Positions 1 to 9,348 of a stretch of DNA of 64,000 bases are shown here, one piece after another. The stretch is from contig CAYPCM010000001.1 of the NCBI GenBank assembly GCA_964409225.1, positions 32,173-96,172 of the forward strand, given 5' to 3'. The notes under the pieces are model-generated. The model worked only from the letters and a program-made list of their open reading frames with translations, was not told the origin of the DNA and did no database searches. Every line of letters starts with the position of its first letter. Within the stretch, counting starts at the first letter, position 1. The stretch comes from an uncultured Candidatus Saccharibacteria bacterium. GTDB lineage: Bacteria; Patescibacteriota; Minisyncoccia; JACPXH01. The position numbers were made by a program, and so were the translations under genes.

Positions 1-495
1 AATCAAGCCGGAGTTATTCCGATAATTTTTGCGCTTTCCATTTTGCTGTTTCCGGGCATGATCGGCGCGTTTCTGGCGCGGGTGCCGGCGCTCTCCGGCA
101 TTGCCGGCGCCCTTACCGGTTTTACCAACAACCCTTGGGCCTACGGCATACTATATTTTGTTTTGGTTGTTTTGTTCACTTATTTTTATACTTTCGTAAC
201 CTTCGACCCGCAGGCGATTGCCTCGAATCTTCAAAAGCAGGGCGGGTTTGTGCCGGGCATAAGACCCGGTACTTCAACGGCCGAACATCTGTCGCGAATT
301 CTGACGCGTATCACTCTCGGCGGGGCGTTATTCCTGGGTGCCATTGCCGTTTTGCCACTTGTGGTTCAGGCGTTTCTGCGCACCAGCGCTCTTACTATCG
401 GTGGCACAGCGCTGCTCATCGTGGTGTCAGTGGTTCTTGAAACAGCCAAACAGGTTAAGGCGCAGCTGGTCATGCGCGAGTACGAAGCGTTTTGA
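1..495 (+). CDS. secY: Preprotein translocase SecY, C-terminal part (5' end outside window)
   Basis: Frame 1 is open from nt 1 (NQAGVIPIIFA...) and continues into the 43..495 ORF; TM-rich sequence typical of SecY C-terminus. Confidence 0.8.
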   Translation, partial: NQAGVIPIIFALSILLFPGMIGAFLARVPALSGIAGALTGFTNNPWAYGILYFVLVVLFTYFYTFVTFDPQAIASNLQKQGGFVPGIRPGTSTAEHLSRILTRITLGGALFLGAIAVLPLVVQAFLRTSALTIGGTALLIVVSVVLETAKQVKAQLVMREYEAF

Positions 496-526
496 TCGGC
501 GTCGCGTTCCGGTATCCTTACATGGG

Positions 527-643
527 TTGACCCCATTAGAAGTCCATAGTTTTACAATCTATTGCGGAGGTCTAAGGGCGAAGCCGCCTAACGGCTTGCG
601 TTCACTTTTTGGAAGACACGATTTAGACCTCTAACGGGGTTGA
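527..643. repeat. Palindromic MITE-like element, family B (CCCCGTTAGAA ends), copy 1
   Basis: Terminal inverted repeats TTGACCCCATTAGAAGTC / GACCTCTAACGGGGTTGA; ~85% identical over ~117 bp to 18208..18326; internal GAAGCCGCCTAACGGCTT hairpin; sits in secY–adk spacer. Confidence 0.7.
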
Positions 644-652
644 GAAAGGTGG

Positions 653-1339
653 TTGAGGATGGTATGCTTGAGGCACATGGCTGCTATTGACATTGTTCTT
701 CTCGGCCGTTCCGGCTGCGGCAAGGGCACACAGGCAGAGCGGTTGGCGAAGCATTTTGGGCTGGCGGTGGTGAGTCCGGGTGAGCGGTTTCGTAAACTTG
801 CCGCCACCTCTTCGTGGACTGGCGAGAAAATTAAAGCCATCATTGATTCAGGGGGGCTGCCGCCAGATTGGCTGGCGGCGCATTTGTGGCTGGCAGAACT
901 TATAGAAAAAATAGTGCCTGGTCGCGGGCTTATTTTTGACGGTACGCCCCGTCGCTTGCCCGAGGCCAAGCTCATTGATGAAATCCTGGCTTGGTACGAG
1001 CGGACCAATGTGCACGTATTTCTGCTCGACATCAGTCGGGAGGAGGCCCGTCGGCGTCTTACCGGACGGCGCATCTGCGTTGGCTGCAGCACCATCGCTC
1101 ACGCCATCTATGACGACACTGACGCGGCCAAGTGCCTTGAGTGCGGCGGCACGCTGGTAAGTCGCCCCGACGATACGGCGGAGGCGATCGGCAAGCGCCT
1201 CGATTGGTTTGATGCAGACGTTATGCCGATTATCCACTATTACGAAACCCAGGGGCGGCTTACGCGGATTAACGGCGAAAGGCCCATCGAAGTTGTCGCC
1301 GCTGAACTCCTTCAGGCCGTAGAGGCGCACCTGGCGTAA
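653..1339 (+). CDS. adk: Adenylate kinase (likely true start ~677, MAAIDIVLLG)
   Basis: P-loop GRSGCGKGTQ, LID domain with Cys4 zinc knuckle (CVGCS...CLECGG); conserved position downstream of secY. Confidence 0.85.
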   Translation: MRMVCLRHMAAIDIVLLGRSGCGKGTQAERLAKHFGLAVVSPGERFRKLAATSSWTGEKIKAIIDSGGLPPDWLAAHLWLAELIEKIVPGRGLIFDGTPRRLPEAKLIDEILAWYERTNVHVFLLDISREEARRRLTGRRICVGCSTIAHAIYDDTDAAKCLECGGTLVSRPDDTAEAIGKRLDWFDADVMPIIHYYETQGRLTRINGERPIEVVAAELLQAVEAHLA

Positions 1340-1368
1340 TTGTTCGCGCCGACGTTCCGCAATGCGCC

Positions 1369-2112
1369 ATGTTTCACTCGAAGACACCAGAGGAAATAGC
1401 ACTGATGCGCGAAGGAGGCAGAATACTTGCGCGTATTCTTCGGGCCGTTAGCGTCATCGTTGCCGCTGGCGTGACCACGGGGCAACTCAACGATTTGGCC
1501 GAGCAGCTTATTCGCGAGTCCGGGGTTATGTCCGCATTTAAGGGCTATCGCAATTTCCCGGCGGCATTATGCGTCTCGGTTAATGACGAGGTTGTGCATG
1601 GGGTGCCGAGTGATCGCTTGCTTATGGGCGGCGACGTAGTGGGGCTTGATTTGGGTATTAAGCATCGAGAATTATTTACAGACACGGCTCTCACAGTCGG
1701 GATTGAGCCATTGGCAGACGAAGCGCGGGAACTCATCAAAGTGGCGCGCGAAGCACTCGCTGTAGGAATTCGCGCAGCTCAGCCCGGAGCGACGACTGGG
1801 GACGTGGGTTGCGCGATTGAATCCTTTGTCCGCAGTCACGGTTTTGCGGTGGTGCGAGATCTGGTGGGGCATGGTATTGGTCGGGCGCCGCACGAAGAGC
1901 CGGCGGTGCCTAATTTTGGTAAAGCCCAAAGCGGTCCCACCCTCGAAGTTGGCATGACCTTAGCCATTGAGCCGATGGTGGTGGCGGGCGAAGCTGACGT
2001 GCTGCAGGCGCCGACTGGCGTATGGAAAACAAGAGATGGCTTTTTGTCCGCGCATTTCGAGCACACAGTGGCGATCGTGCGTGGGGGAGCCCGAACGCTA
2101 ACTTTGGCTTAG
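1369..2112 (+). CDS. map: Methionine aminopeptidase type I
   Basis: Pita-bread fold motifs (…VVHGVPS…, HGIGR, LAIEPM); follows adk as in the conserved secY-adk-map cluster. Confidence 0.85.
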   Translation: MFHSKTPEEIALMREGGRILARILRAVSVIVAAGVTTGQLNDLAEQLIRESGVMSAFKGYRNFPAALCVSVNDEVVHGVPSDRLLMGGDVVGLDLGIKHRELFTDTALTVGIEPLADEARELIKVAREALAVGIRAAQPGATTGDVGCAIESFVRSHGFAVVRDLVGHGIGRAPHEEPAVPNFGKAQSGPTLEVGMTLAIEPMVVAGEADVLQAPTGVWKTRDGFLSAHFEHTVAIVRGGARTLTLA

Positions 2113-2153
2113 GGCTTTGCGCGTAAGGCCCTGTTGCTGTTACACTGGACAGT

Positions 2154-2546
2154 ATGAAAATACTGGCGGTTGATTACGGCAGCGCGAGCGTGGGTTTGGC
2201 CATTTCCGACCCGGGCTGCTCTTTTGCTTTTCCGTTTCGCACTATTCAGGCGGGTTCGCGAATTATCCGCACGCTTAAGGAGATTTGTGACGCGGAGGGC
2301 GTGACTAAAATCATCGTGGGACATCCTCGTACGCTTACGGGTGGTGACGGGCAGCAGGTCACAGCTGCGCAACGGTTCGCTCAACGGTTGCGTCAAGCGG
2401 TTTCTGTGGCTGTGGAGTTTGAGGACGAACGATTCACAAGCGCTCTAGCCCGGCGCTGCCTGCGCGAGTCGGCAGCCAAAGGTGACGGCCACAGTGTTGC
2501 GGCCGCTTGCATTCTCGAAAGCCACCTTACTCACCTTCATCTATAG
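2154..2546 (+). CDS. ruvX: Holliday junction resolvase-like protein YqgF/RuvX
   Basis: N-terminal ILAVDYGSASVGLAISD (RNase H-like YqgF motif), ~130 aa. Confidence 0.75.
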   Translation: MKILAVDYGSASVGLAISDPGCSFAFPFRTIQAGSRIIRTLKEICDAEGVTKIIVGHPRTLTGGDGQQVTAAQRFAQRLRQAVSVAVEFEDERFTSALARRCLRESAAKGDGHSVAAACILESHLTHLHL

Positions 2547-2554
2547 CTTGTAGT

Positions 2555-3304
2555 ATGCCCAGTTCAGCTTTGCCGCGATTGTCTGTTGTGATTCCGGCCT
2601 ATAACGAGGCCAAACGCATTACGGCGACCCTCCTTGACGTCGATCATTACTTGAGCCGGCAGGGTTACGCTTACGAGATTTTGGTCATGAACGACGGGTC
2701 CACCGACAATACTGTGGAGGTGGTGCGCCGGTTTGAGGGCACAATTGCTCATCTGCGGCTCATTGACAATTCGGAAAATAATGGCAAAGGATACGTGGTG
2801 CGTCGGGGTATGCTTGAAAGTCGGGGCGCGGTACGGCTGTTCACTGATGCCGACAACTCAACTTCTATTGATCATATCGAGCAGTTTTGGCCATACTTCG
2901 ATGAGGGCTATGATATTGTTATTGGCTCGCGGGCTGTTCGTGGCGCCAAGATTGCGGTTCATCAGTCCCTGTTAAAGGAGCTTGCCGGGCGTCTCGGGAA
3001 CAAGTATATCCAAATCATGGCCGTGTGGGGCATTAAAGATACGCAGGCTGGATTTAAGGCCTTTACCGCGGAGGCGGCTCGTGATATTTTTTCGCGGCTC
3101 ACTATAAATCGTTGGGGTTTCGACGTGGAGACGCTGGCGGTGGCGCGACTGTTGAGCTATCGCATTCGGGAGATGCCGATTCGGTGGGTAAATGCCGTTG
3201 CTTCTCATGTGCGCGTTTCTGCCTATCTCGAAGTGCTTTGGGAGACGACGAAAATCCGGTTTAATATCTGGCGGGGGAAGTATACAAAAAGTTTAAAAGT
3301 TTAA
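2555..3304 (+). CDS. Glycosyltransferase family 2 (dolichyl-phosphate sugar synthase-like)
   Basis: LSVVIPAYNE…NDGSTD…TDADNS (GT2 DXD) motifs; start moved to ATG 2555 after ruvX stop. Confidence 0.75.
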   Translation: MPSSALPRLSVVIPAYNEAKRITATLLDVDHYLSRQGYAYEILVMNDGSTDNTVEVVRRFEGTIAHLRLIDNSENNGKGYVVRRGMLESRGAVRLFTDADNSTSIDHIEQFWPYFDEGYDIVIGSRAVRGAKIAVHQSLLKELAGRLGNKYIQIMAVWGIKDTQAGFKAFTAEAARDIFSRLTINRWGFDVETLAVARLLSYRIREMPIRWVNAVASHVRVSAYLEVLWETTKIRFNIWRGKYTKSLKV

Positions 3305-3429
3305 AGTGAAAAGTGCAAAGTTAGAGCCCCGCTCGCGGCGGACGATTGCTGACTGAGATTTCGGCATATCGACACATCGAAATGTCTTATGCGTCCGGTC
3401 ACTTTTAATTTTTAACTTTAAACTTTTAC

Positions 3430-4449
3430 ATGGAGCATACTTCTGAATTGCGTCGCGATCTTGTTTCTGGCGATTGGGTGGTCGTAGCCACTGGTCGTGC
3501 CAAGCGCCCGGGCGCTTTTAAGCATTTCGAACCGGAAAAGCCCGCCCCTAAAGAAGGGTGTCCTTTTGAAGATCCCAAGGGTGAGGTCCTATTGGCGTAC
3601 GACGTCGAGGGCAGGGTATTGGGTGAACACAACCGCAGCGATTGGTTTGTGCAGTCGGTGGCAAACAAGTTCCCGGCTTTCGGCACCGGACGCTGCGATG
3701 AAACCCACGAGGTGGGCCCCTACGTTGTTTTAGACGGCGTCGGCGCCCATGAGGTGGTGATTACGCGCGATCACGAGCGCCATTGGGGTCATTTCACCAA
3801 GCCCGAAGCAGGCGCGGTTATGAAGGCCTATCACGCGCGCTACGTGCATCTACTTGAAGCAGCGTGCGTGCGTTATGTTTCCATCTTCCATAATCACGGC
3901 AGTACTGCCGGCGCTTCGGTTTGGCATCCGCATTCTCAAATTATCGCCATCCCCGTGATTCCGCCCGACGTGGGGCGCAGCTTGGACGGTTCGCGCCGGT
4001 ATTGGTCTGAAAACAAGATTTGCGTTCATTGCGCCATGATGGCGTGGGAAGTCGAAGACAAACAAAGGATTGTTTTTGAAAACGAACACGCGATCGCCTT
4101 TTGTCCGTTTGTGTCCAGAACAGCCTTTGAGGTTAGGATTTTCCCGAAACGCCACGAACCATTCTTCGAGCGTTCTTCCGACGTTGAACTTGCCGATACG
4201 GCCGCGGCAGTCCTTGGGGCCCTAAGCCGCATTGCCGAAAAACTCAATGAACCGGCGTACAACTTTTTCGTGCATACAGCGCCCTCCACTGCCGCGGCCG
4301 ACTACGCGCACTATCACTGGCACATCGAAATTCTCCCGAAGACCCAAATTTGGGCCGGGTTTGAGCTGGGTACGGGGATAGAAATTTCTACGATTTCGCC
4401 AGAGGTTGCGGCGGCTTACCTGCGCGGCGAAGTTGCGGACGAGGCATGA
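3430..4449 (+). CDS. galT: Galactose-1-phosphate uridylyltransferase (HIT family)
   Basis: HIT-like HxHxQ motif (WHPHSQII), CPFC/zinc site (EGCPFE), duplicated half-barrel length ~340 aa. Confidence 0.7.
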   Translation: MEHTSELRRDLVSGDWVVVATGRAKRPGAFKHFEPEKPAPKEGCPFEDPKGEVLLAYDVEGRVLGEHNRSDWFVQSVANKFPAFGTGRCDETHEVGPYVVLDGVGAHEVVITRDHERHWGHFTKPEAGAVMKAYHARYVHLLEAACVRYVSIFHNHGSTAGASVWHPHSQIIAIPVIPPDVGRSLDGSRRYWSENKICVHCAMMAWEVEDKQRIVFENEHAIAFCPFVSRTAFEVRIFPKRHEPFFERSSDVELADTAAAVLGALSRIAEKLNEPAYNFFVHTAPSTAAADYAHYHWHIEILPKTQIWAGFELGTGIEISTISPEVAAAYLRGEVADEA

Positions 4450-5114
4450 CCTTTGCCGGCGCTTCCATAATCGGCGCAATCACGCTTGGCGTCGTGCGCT
4501 TGATTGAGCTTGGCGGCTATGGCGGCGTTCTCGTACTTATGACGCTTGAAAGCGCCGGCGCGCCCATTCCTTCGGAAATAATTATGCCTTTTGCGGGGTT
4601 TTTGGTGGCTCAAGGCAAGCTCAATTTTTGGCTGGTGGTGACGATGGGCACGCTTGGCAACCTGCTTGGATCGCTTTTGCTCTACTACATAGGCAATGTC
4701 GGCGGCAGGCCATTTCTGGAGAGATACGGCAAATATTTTCTTTTATCCAAGCGGGAACTCGAGCGTTCCGAGCGGTGGTTCAAACGGTACGGCGGCCCGA
4801 TTGTTTTCTTTGGCCGGCTGCTACCGGTCGTGCGAACGTATATTTCGCTGCCAGCCGGGCTTTCGCAGATGCCGCTTGGGCAGTTTGGTCTCTATACTTT
4901 TGTTGGTTCGGCGCCGTGGTCTGTTCTTTTTGCTTGGCTTGGAGTGAGATTGGGTGCGAATTGGACCGTGATTGAATCGTATTTCAGGCAGTTTGACATC
5001 GCGATTGTTGTAGCTATCGTGTTATTGATTGGGTGGTGGATTTGGCGCCAGCGAAAGGCGAAGATCCGCAGAGTCGTTGAAGAGACGATCGAGGAGATAC
5101 AAAAGCCCATCTGA
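4446..5114 (+). CDS. DedA/SNARE-associated (TVP38) family membrane protein
   Basis: Multiple TM helices and DedA-type motifs (GRLLPVVRTYISLPAG); ATGA overlap with galT stop. Confidence 0.7.
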   Translation: MTFAGASIIGAITLGVVRLIELGGYGGVLVLMTLESAGAPIPSEIIMPFAGFLVAQGKLNFWLVVTMGTLGNLLGSLLLYYIGNVGGRPFLERYGKYFLLSKRELERSERWFKRYGGPIVFFGRLLPVVRTYISLPAGLSQMPLGQFGLYTFVGSAPWSVLFAWLGVRLGANWTVIESYFRQFDIAIVVAIVLLIGWWIWRQRKAKIRRVVEETIEEIQKPI

Positions 5115-5186
5115 ACGATCAATGCCTAATTTCTAATTGGTCTAATCCGAAAGCAATTCGACCTTAGACATTTTTCGCCAGGCGCC

Positions 5187-5939
5187 ATGCCCAAACTTAT
5201 TGTCGCCAACTGGAAGATGAATCCTGCCACCTACGCGGAGGCAGAGGAGTTACTTGCATCTGTGCTCGAGGGGACGAGGGGGGCACGGGGGGTAGAGGTG
5301 ATCATCTGTCCGCCGTTCGTGTGGCTTACGGACTTTTCGCACAAAATGAAATCAATTTCTTTCGGCGCGCAAGATGTGTTCTGGGAAACGCAGGGCGCGT
5401 ACACGGGTGAAATTTCTCCCGCGATGCTTGTTTCGTCGCGCGTCACACACGTGATCGTCGGTCACTCGGAGCGCCGGCGCCATCTGGGCGAAACCGATGA
5501 GATGGTCAACCGCAAGGTGCGCGCAGCACTCACCGCCGGACTCGAGGTGATTTTGTGCGTGGGCGAACATTCAAGAGATGAGGACGATGTTGTGCGCGTG
5601 CTCGACGGGCAAGTTTCGGCAGCGCTTGCAGGTGTGCCCAAGCAGTATCTCGAGCGGCTTACCGTGGCGTATGAGCCGGTCTGGGCGATTGGGACCGGCA
5701 CGGCCGATACACCCAATGATGCGCTTTCCGCCGCAATCTCTATCCGGAAAACCATTCGGAATCTATACGACAAAAAAACCGCCTCCGGTGTGCGGGTGCT
5801 TTACGGCGGAAGCGTGAACACGGCGAATGCGGCTCCGTTCTTGCGGGAGGAGGGGATTGCCGGCGCGCTTGTGGGAGGGGCGTCGCTCCGGGCCGAAGAA
5901 TTTATTGAGATCGTCCGGCAGGCCGCTGCCGTTGGCTAG
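5187..5939 (+). CDS. tpiA: Triosephosphate isomerase
   Basis: ANWKMN…, VGHSERR, AYEPVWAIGTG, GGSV motifs. Confidence 0.9.
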   Translation: MPKLIVANWKMNPATYAEAEELLASVLEGTRGARGVEVIICPPFVWLTDFSHKMKSISFGAQDVFWETQGAYTGEISPAMLVSSRVTHVIVGHSERRRHLGETDEMVNRKVRAALTAGLEVILCVGEHSRDEDDVVRVLDGQVSAALAGVPKQYLERLTVAYEPVWAIGTGTADTPNDALSAAISIRKTIRNLYDKKTASGVRVLYGGSVNTANAAPFLREEGIAGALVGGASLRAEEFIEIVRQAAAVG

Positions 5940-5972
5940 GCGTGTGATCGTCAGAACTAGCAAGCTAAATCC

Positions 5973-7220
5973 TCAGTCGTTCTGGATGTAAATGGAGAGG
6001 CCCCGTAGCCAGATCATGACCGCGCGGGAGAAGGGGAGGATGGACGAGAGGTACACGAGTTCGATCGCCTGTTTGATGCACCAGCCGGCAAAGCCAGTAA
6101 GTCGAAATATCAGGAGGTCGGCGATCGCCCATTTGCCACCAATAGGGATGACATAAGGGTAGCGGCGAATGCGATAGGGAGTAGCCGATTTGCCCATAAG
6201 GCGGCGGACGATGTTGCGCGCTGCGTGCTTGCCCTGTTCAATCGCCACGCGGGCCGTCGCCGGCACGGGTTGTTTTGTTTCGGGGTCGATGAGGTGAGTG
6301 TTGTCGCCGATGGCCCAAATGCCGGAAGCGCATAGCAATGTTTCTGACACCGCCATATGGCCTGATCTGTCATGCTTCAGGGCCGCTGCTTGCGCTAGGC
6401 GGTTTGGCTGAATCCCGCCAGTCCAGATGGTGACTAATGTTTCGATTCTTTCTGTTATACCCGGCGCTGTTTCGACCATAAGTCCAGCTTGGTCTGCCGA
6501 AGTTACGCAAGTGCCGGTTTTGATGGTTACACCAATCGTTTCGAGGCGACGCGTCGCCGCTCGGATGACGTCTGGTCTGAAGCCCTTGAGAATCGTGGGG
6601 CAGGCCTCGATAAGAACGACCCCTGGTTTTTCCCAGCCAAGGGCGCGGCCGAAGCCCATCATCTCAGCCGCAACTTCTACGCCAGCTGACCCGCCGCCGC
6701 ACACCGCGATGGGCAGGCGTGTTTGAGCGGCGAGCCGTTCGGCAATGCGGTTACGCAGCCGAATTATTTCGCGGAACGACCTAAAGGAGAATACGTGTTC
6801 TTCAAGCCCGGCTATGCCAAAAAAATTCGGCTCTGCGCCTAAAGCGAGTATAAGGTGAGCAAATGGCAGGAGCGGTTCAGACGTCGTTTGAACCAAGCGC
6901 TCGGCGGAGTCAATTGCCGTCACTTCGGTCTGCAGGAACCGCACGCCGGTTCCAGCCAGAATTTCTTCGTAGGATACTACCGAAACCTTTTGCAGCTCGT
7001 ATGCAGAAGCGTCTGCTTGAGTAGTGCTTGCGATTTCATAGAGCGCCGGTTGGTAGAGTTGTCCGGCCTGGCGATCGATAAGGACGGGAATAAATTGACG
7101 CGCGAGGTCGTGTTGTTTTAGGAGTTTGGCAAGTTCCCGGGCGCAGGCGATGCCGCCAAACCCGCCGCCGAGAATGACTATGTTTTGCGGCAATCGAGTG
7201 TTTTTATCCATACCCCGCAT
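5973..7220 (-). CDS. ndh: Type II NADH dehydrogenase / FAD-dependent pyridine nucleotide-disulfide oxidoreductase
   Basis: N-terminal Rossmann GxGxxG (VILGGGFGGIACA), second NAD(P) site (AVCGGGSAGVE), C-terminal membrane anchor. Confidence 0.75.
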   Translation of the reverse strand: MRGMDKNTRLPQNIVILGGGFGGIACARELAKLLKQHDLARQFIPVLIDRQAGQLYQPALYEIASTTQADASAYELQKVSVVSYEEILAGTGVRFLQTEVTAIDSAERLVQTTSEPLLPFAHLILALGAEPNFFGIAGLEEHVFSFRSFREIIRLRNRIAERLAAQTRLPIAVCGGGSAGVEVAAEMMGFGRALGWEKPGVVLIEACPTILKGFRPDVIRAATRRLETIGVTIKTGTCVTSADQAGLMVETAPGITERIETLVTIWTGGIQPNRLAQAAALKHDRSGHMAVSETLLCASGIWAIGDNTHLIDPETKQPVPATARVAIEQGKHAARNIVRRLMGKSATPYRIRRYPYVIPIGGKWAIADLLIFRLTGFAGWCIKQAIELVYLSSILPFSRAVMIWLRGLSIYIQND

Positions 7221-7408
7221 TATACCAGATAACCGTGGAGGGCATGGCTGTGATAGAATGGAGTCGGAGTGAGAAATACGAAATCCTAAACTCTAAATCC
7301 GAAACAAAACCCAATACTTAAATTCCAAATCCAAAACGCTTGGGTTTTTGAGATTTGTTGACTGGATATTGTTTAGGATTTCGATATTCGAATTTAGGAT
7401 TTTGTGCC

Positions 7409-8584
7409 ATGTGGCGTACGCTTGATGACTTAGACGTGACCGGCAAACGCGTGCTGTGGCGCGTTGATTTTAACGTGTCGATCGGCGAAAGCGGCCGTAT
7501 TGATCAGCAAAATGATTGGCGAATGCGCGCGGCACTCCCAACGCTTGAAACGCTTCTCAAGCACAAGGCGCGAGTAATCGCCGTCAGCCATTTGGGCGAG
7601 CCGGCCGAGCGCGACGCCAGGTTATCTTTGGCGCCGGTGGCAAGCCATTTATCAAAGCTTGCCGGTCAGCGGATTAGGTTTGTGTCGAGTGTCGTGGGGC
7701 CGGAAGCAGTGGCAGCGGCAGATAAGCTTGAGCCCGGCGAAATTATGATGCTTGAGAATGTTCGCTTCGAGCCCGGGGAAATAGTGAACGATCCAAAGCT
7801 TGCCGATCAACTGGCCGCGGGTGCGGAAATGTTTGTATGCGATGCTTTTGGTGTCGCGCATCGGCCGCACGCTTCCCTCGTCGGTCTGCCAGCGCGTCTG
7901 CCGTCGGCGGCCGGAGAGCTGATGTGTCGTGAGGTGAAAACACTCGCTGATTTTATGACGAGTCCGCCCCGGCCGGCAGTGGTCATTCTCGGAGGCGCAA
8001 AGGTCGGCACTAAACTGGCGGTGCTGGCGAGGATTATGGCTGTGGCGGACTATGTGCTTTTGGGAGGCGTGCTGGCCAACACGGTCCTTGCGGCCAAGAA
8101 CTTCAATGTGGGCGCTTCACCCGTTGATAAGACGGTTATTCCTGCCTTGCAGAAGCTGGATCTGGCTTCGTCTAAAATTCTTCTGCCGCAGGATGCGACC
8201 GTGGGGTTAGCGACTGATTCGCAGCAAGGGGTGAGACAAGTGGACGTGGCGCGTGTGAGAGCCGATGAAGCGATGTATGACTTGGGCGAGCGCACAATTG
8301 CCCTGTACCAAGAGGCAATCACCGGCGCGGCCAGCGTTGTTTGGAACGGACCCATGGGACTCGCAGAAGTTGATCCGTTTGCTACAGGTACCGTCGCTTT
8401 GGCAGAGGCAATCGCCGGCAGACGCATTCCCGCGATTGTGGGTGGCGGCGACACCGTGGCGTTTTTGATGCGTCGGGGTTTGGCGTCCTCGTTCTCCCAT
8501 ATTTCAACCGGCGGCGGGGCCATGCTCGCGTTTCTGGCAGGTGAGCGCTTGCCGGCTCTGGAGGCGTTGGGGTACTATAGTTAA
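7409..8584 (+). CDS. pgk: Phosphoglycerate kinase (start set at MWRTLDDL, 7409)
   Basis: RVDFNV, MLENVRFEPGE, VILGGAKV, GGGDT motifs throughout. Confidence 0.9.
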   Translation: MWRTLDDLDVTGKRVLWRVDFNVSIGESGRIDQQNDWRMRAALPTLETLLKHKARVIAVSHLGEPAERDARLSLAPVASHLSKLAGQRIRFVSSVVGPEAVAAADKLEPGEIMMLENVRFEPGEIVNDPKLADQLAAGAEMFVCDAFGVAHRPHASLVGLPARLPSAAGELMCREVKTLADFMTSPPRPAVVILGGAKVGTKLAVLARIMAVADYVLLGGVLANTVLAAKNFNVGASPVDKTVIPALQKLDLASSKILLPQDATVGLATDSQQGVRQVDVARVRADEAMYDLGERTIALYQEAITGAASVVWNGPMGLAEVDPFATGTVALAEAIAGRRIPAIVGGGDTVAFLMRRGLASSFSHISTGGGAMLAFLAGERLPALEALGYYS

Positions 8585-8743
8585 ATCAAATATCAAATAG
8601 CTAATCGTAAAAATTATCAATGATCAATTATCAATCAAACTCCAAACTCCAATTTTCAGTTGACGACGTAGCGTATTTGAAAACTGAGAAATTGAAAATT
8701 GAAAATTGAGAATTTAAGTTGTCATTTTTCATTTTCAGATATT

Positions 8744-9313
8744 ATGCCGAAGATTCTTATTATCGACGACGACAATTTTGTCCGGAATGTCTACGCTGAC
8801 AAGTTTCGCACGCTTGGCTTTGAGGTGCTCACTGCTTCCGACGGTGTTGAGGGTTTGGAAGCCGTGCGTCAGGCCTCCCCAAAACCAGATGTTGTATTTA
8901 CCGGTATCCAGATGCCAAAGATGGACGGGTTTGCTTTGCTTATGGAGCTTAGGCGTGACCCAGCCACAAAAGGCATTCCGGTTGTGATTTCTTCCCACCG
9001 CGGCCGCAAAGAAGACGAATTACGGACGCGGCAGTTGGGTGCGGCCGATTTCATCTACGCCGGTTTTGTGACGCCGGATGAAACGGTGGAGCGTATTCGG
9101 GCGGTGTTGGGGGGGTTGCCCGTTTGGAAGGTTGCGCTTCAGAAAAGTTCACCCGACGCCGCGCGGCTGGCCGAGGAACTTTCTGCTGATTCGAGTTTGA
9201 CGTGCCGATCGTGCGGCGGCGAGTTGCTGCTCGAGATTACTTTCGTGCCGCAAGAAAAGTGTTATCGGCTGTTTTTCGTCTGCGGCGCGTGCGGCCAGCG
9301 CGCAACCCGTTGA
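8744..9313 (+). CDS. Response regulator receiver domain protein with C-terminal Cys4 zinc-ribbon
   Basis: CheY-like receiver (KILIIDDD…, DVVFTGIQMPKMDG, conserved K), then CRSCGG…CGACG zinc ribbon instead of a canonical output domain; start moved to 8744. Confidence 0.7.
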   Translation: MPKILIIDDDNFVRNVYADKFRTLGFEVLTASDGVEGLEAVRQASPKPDVVFTGIQMPKMDGFALLMELRRDPATKGIPVVISSHRGRKEDELRTRQLGAADFIYAGFVTPDETVERIRAVLGGLPVWKVALQKSSPDAARLAEELSADSSLTCRSCGGELLLEITFVPQEKCYRLFFVCGACGQRATR

Positions 9314-9331
9314 ACTCCGCAGGAGTTCAAC
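9309..9331 (+). terminator. 10-bp stem hairpin overlapping response-regulator stop
   Basis: GTTGAACTCC-gca-GGAGTTCAAC perfect stem; no strong T-tract, so weak terminator/attenuator. Confidence 0.3.
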
Positions 9332-9348
9332 GCACGCCTTTATGGCCA

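Noticed and set aside
631-1402. Minus-strand ORFs 631..1095 and 848..1402 antisense to adk
   Set aside because: They fully overlap a well-supported adenylate kinase gene. Long antisense ORFs are expected in 60% GC DNA, and no motifs were found.
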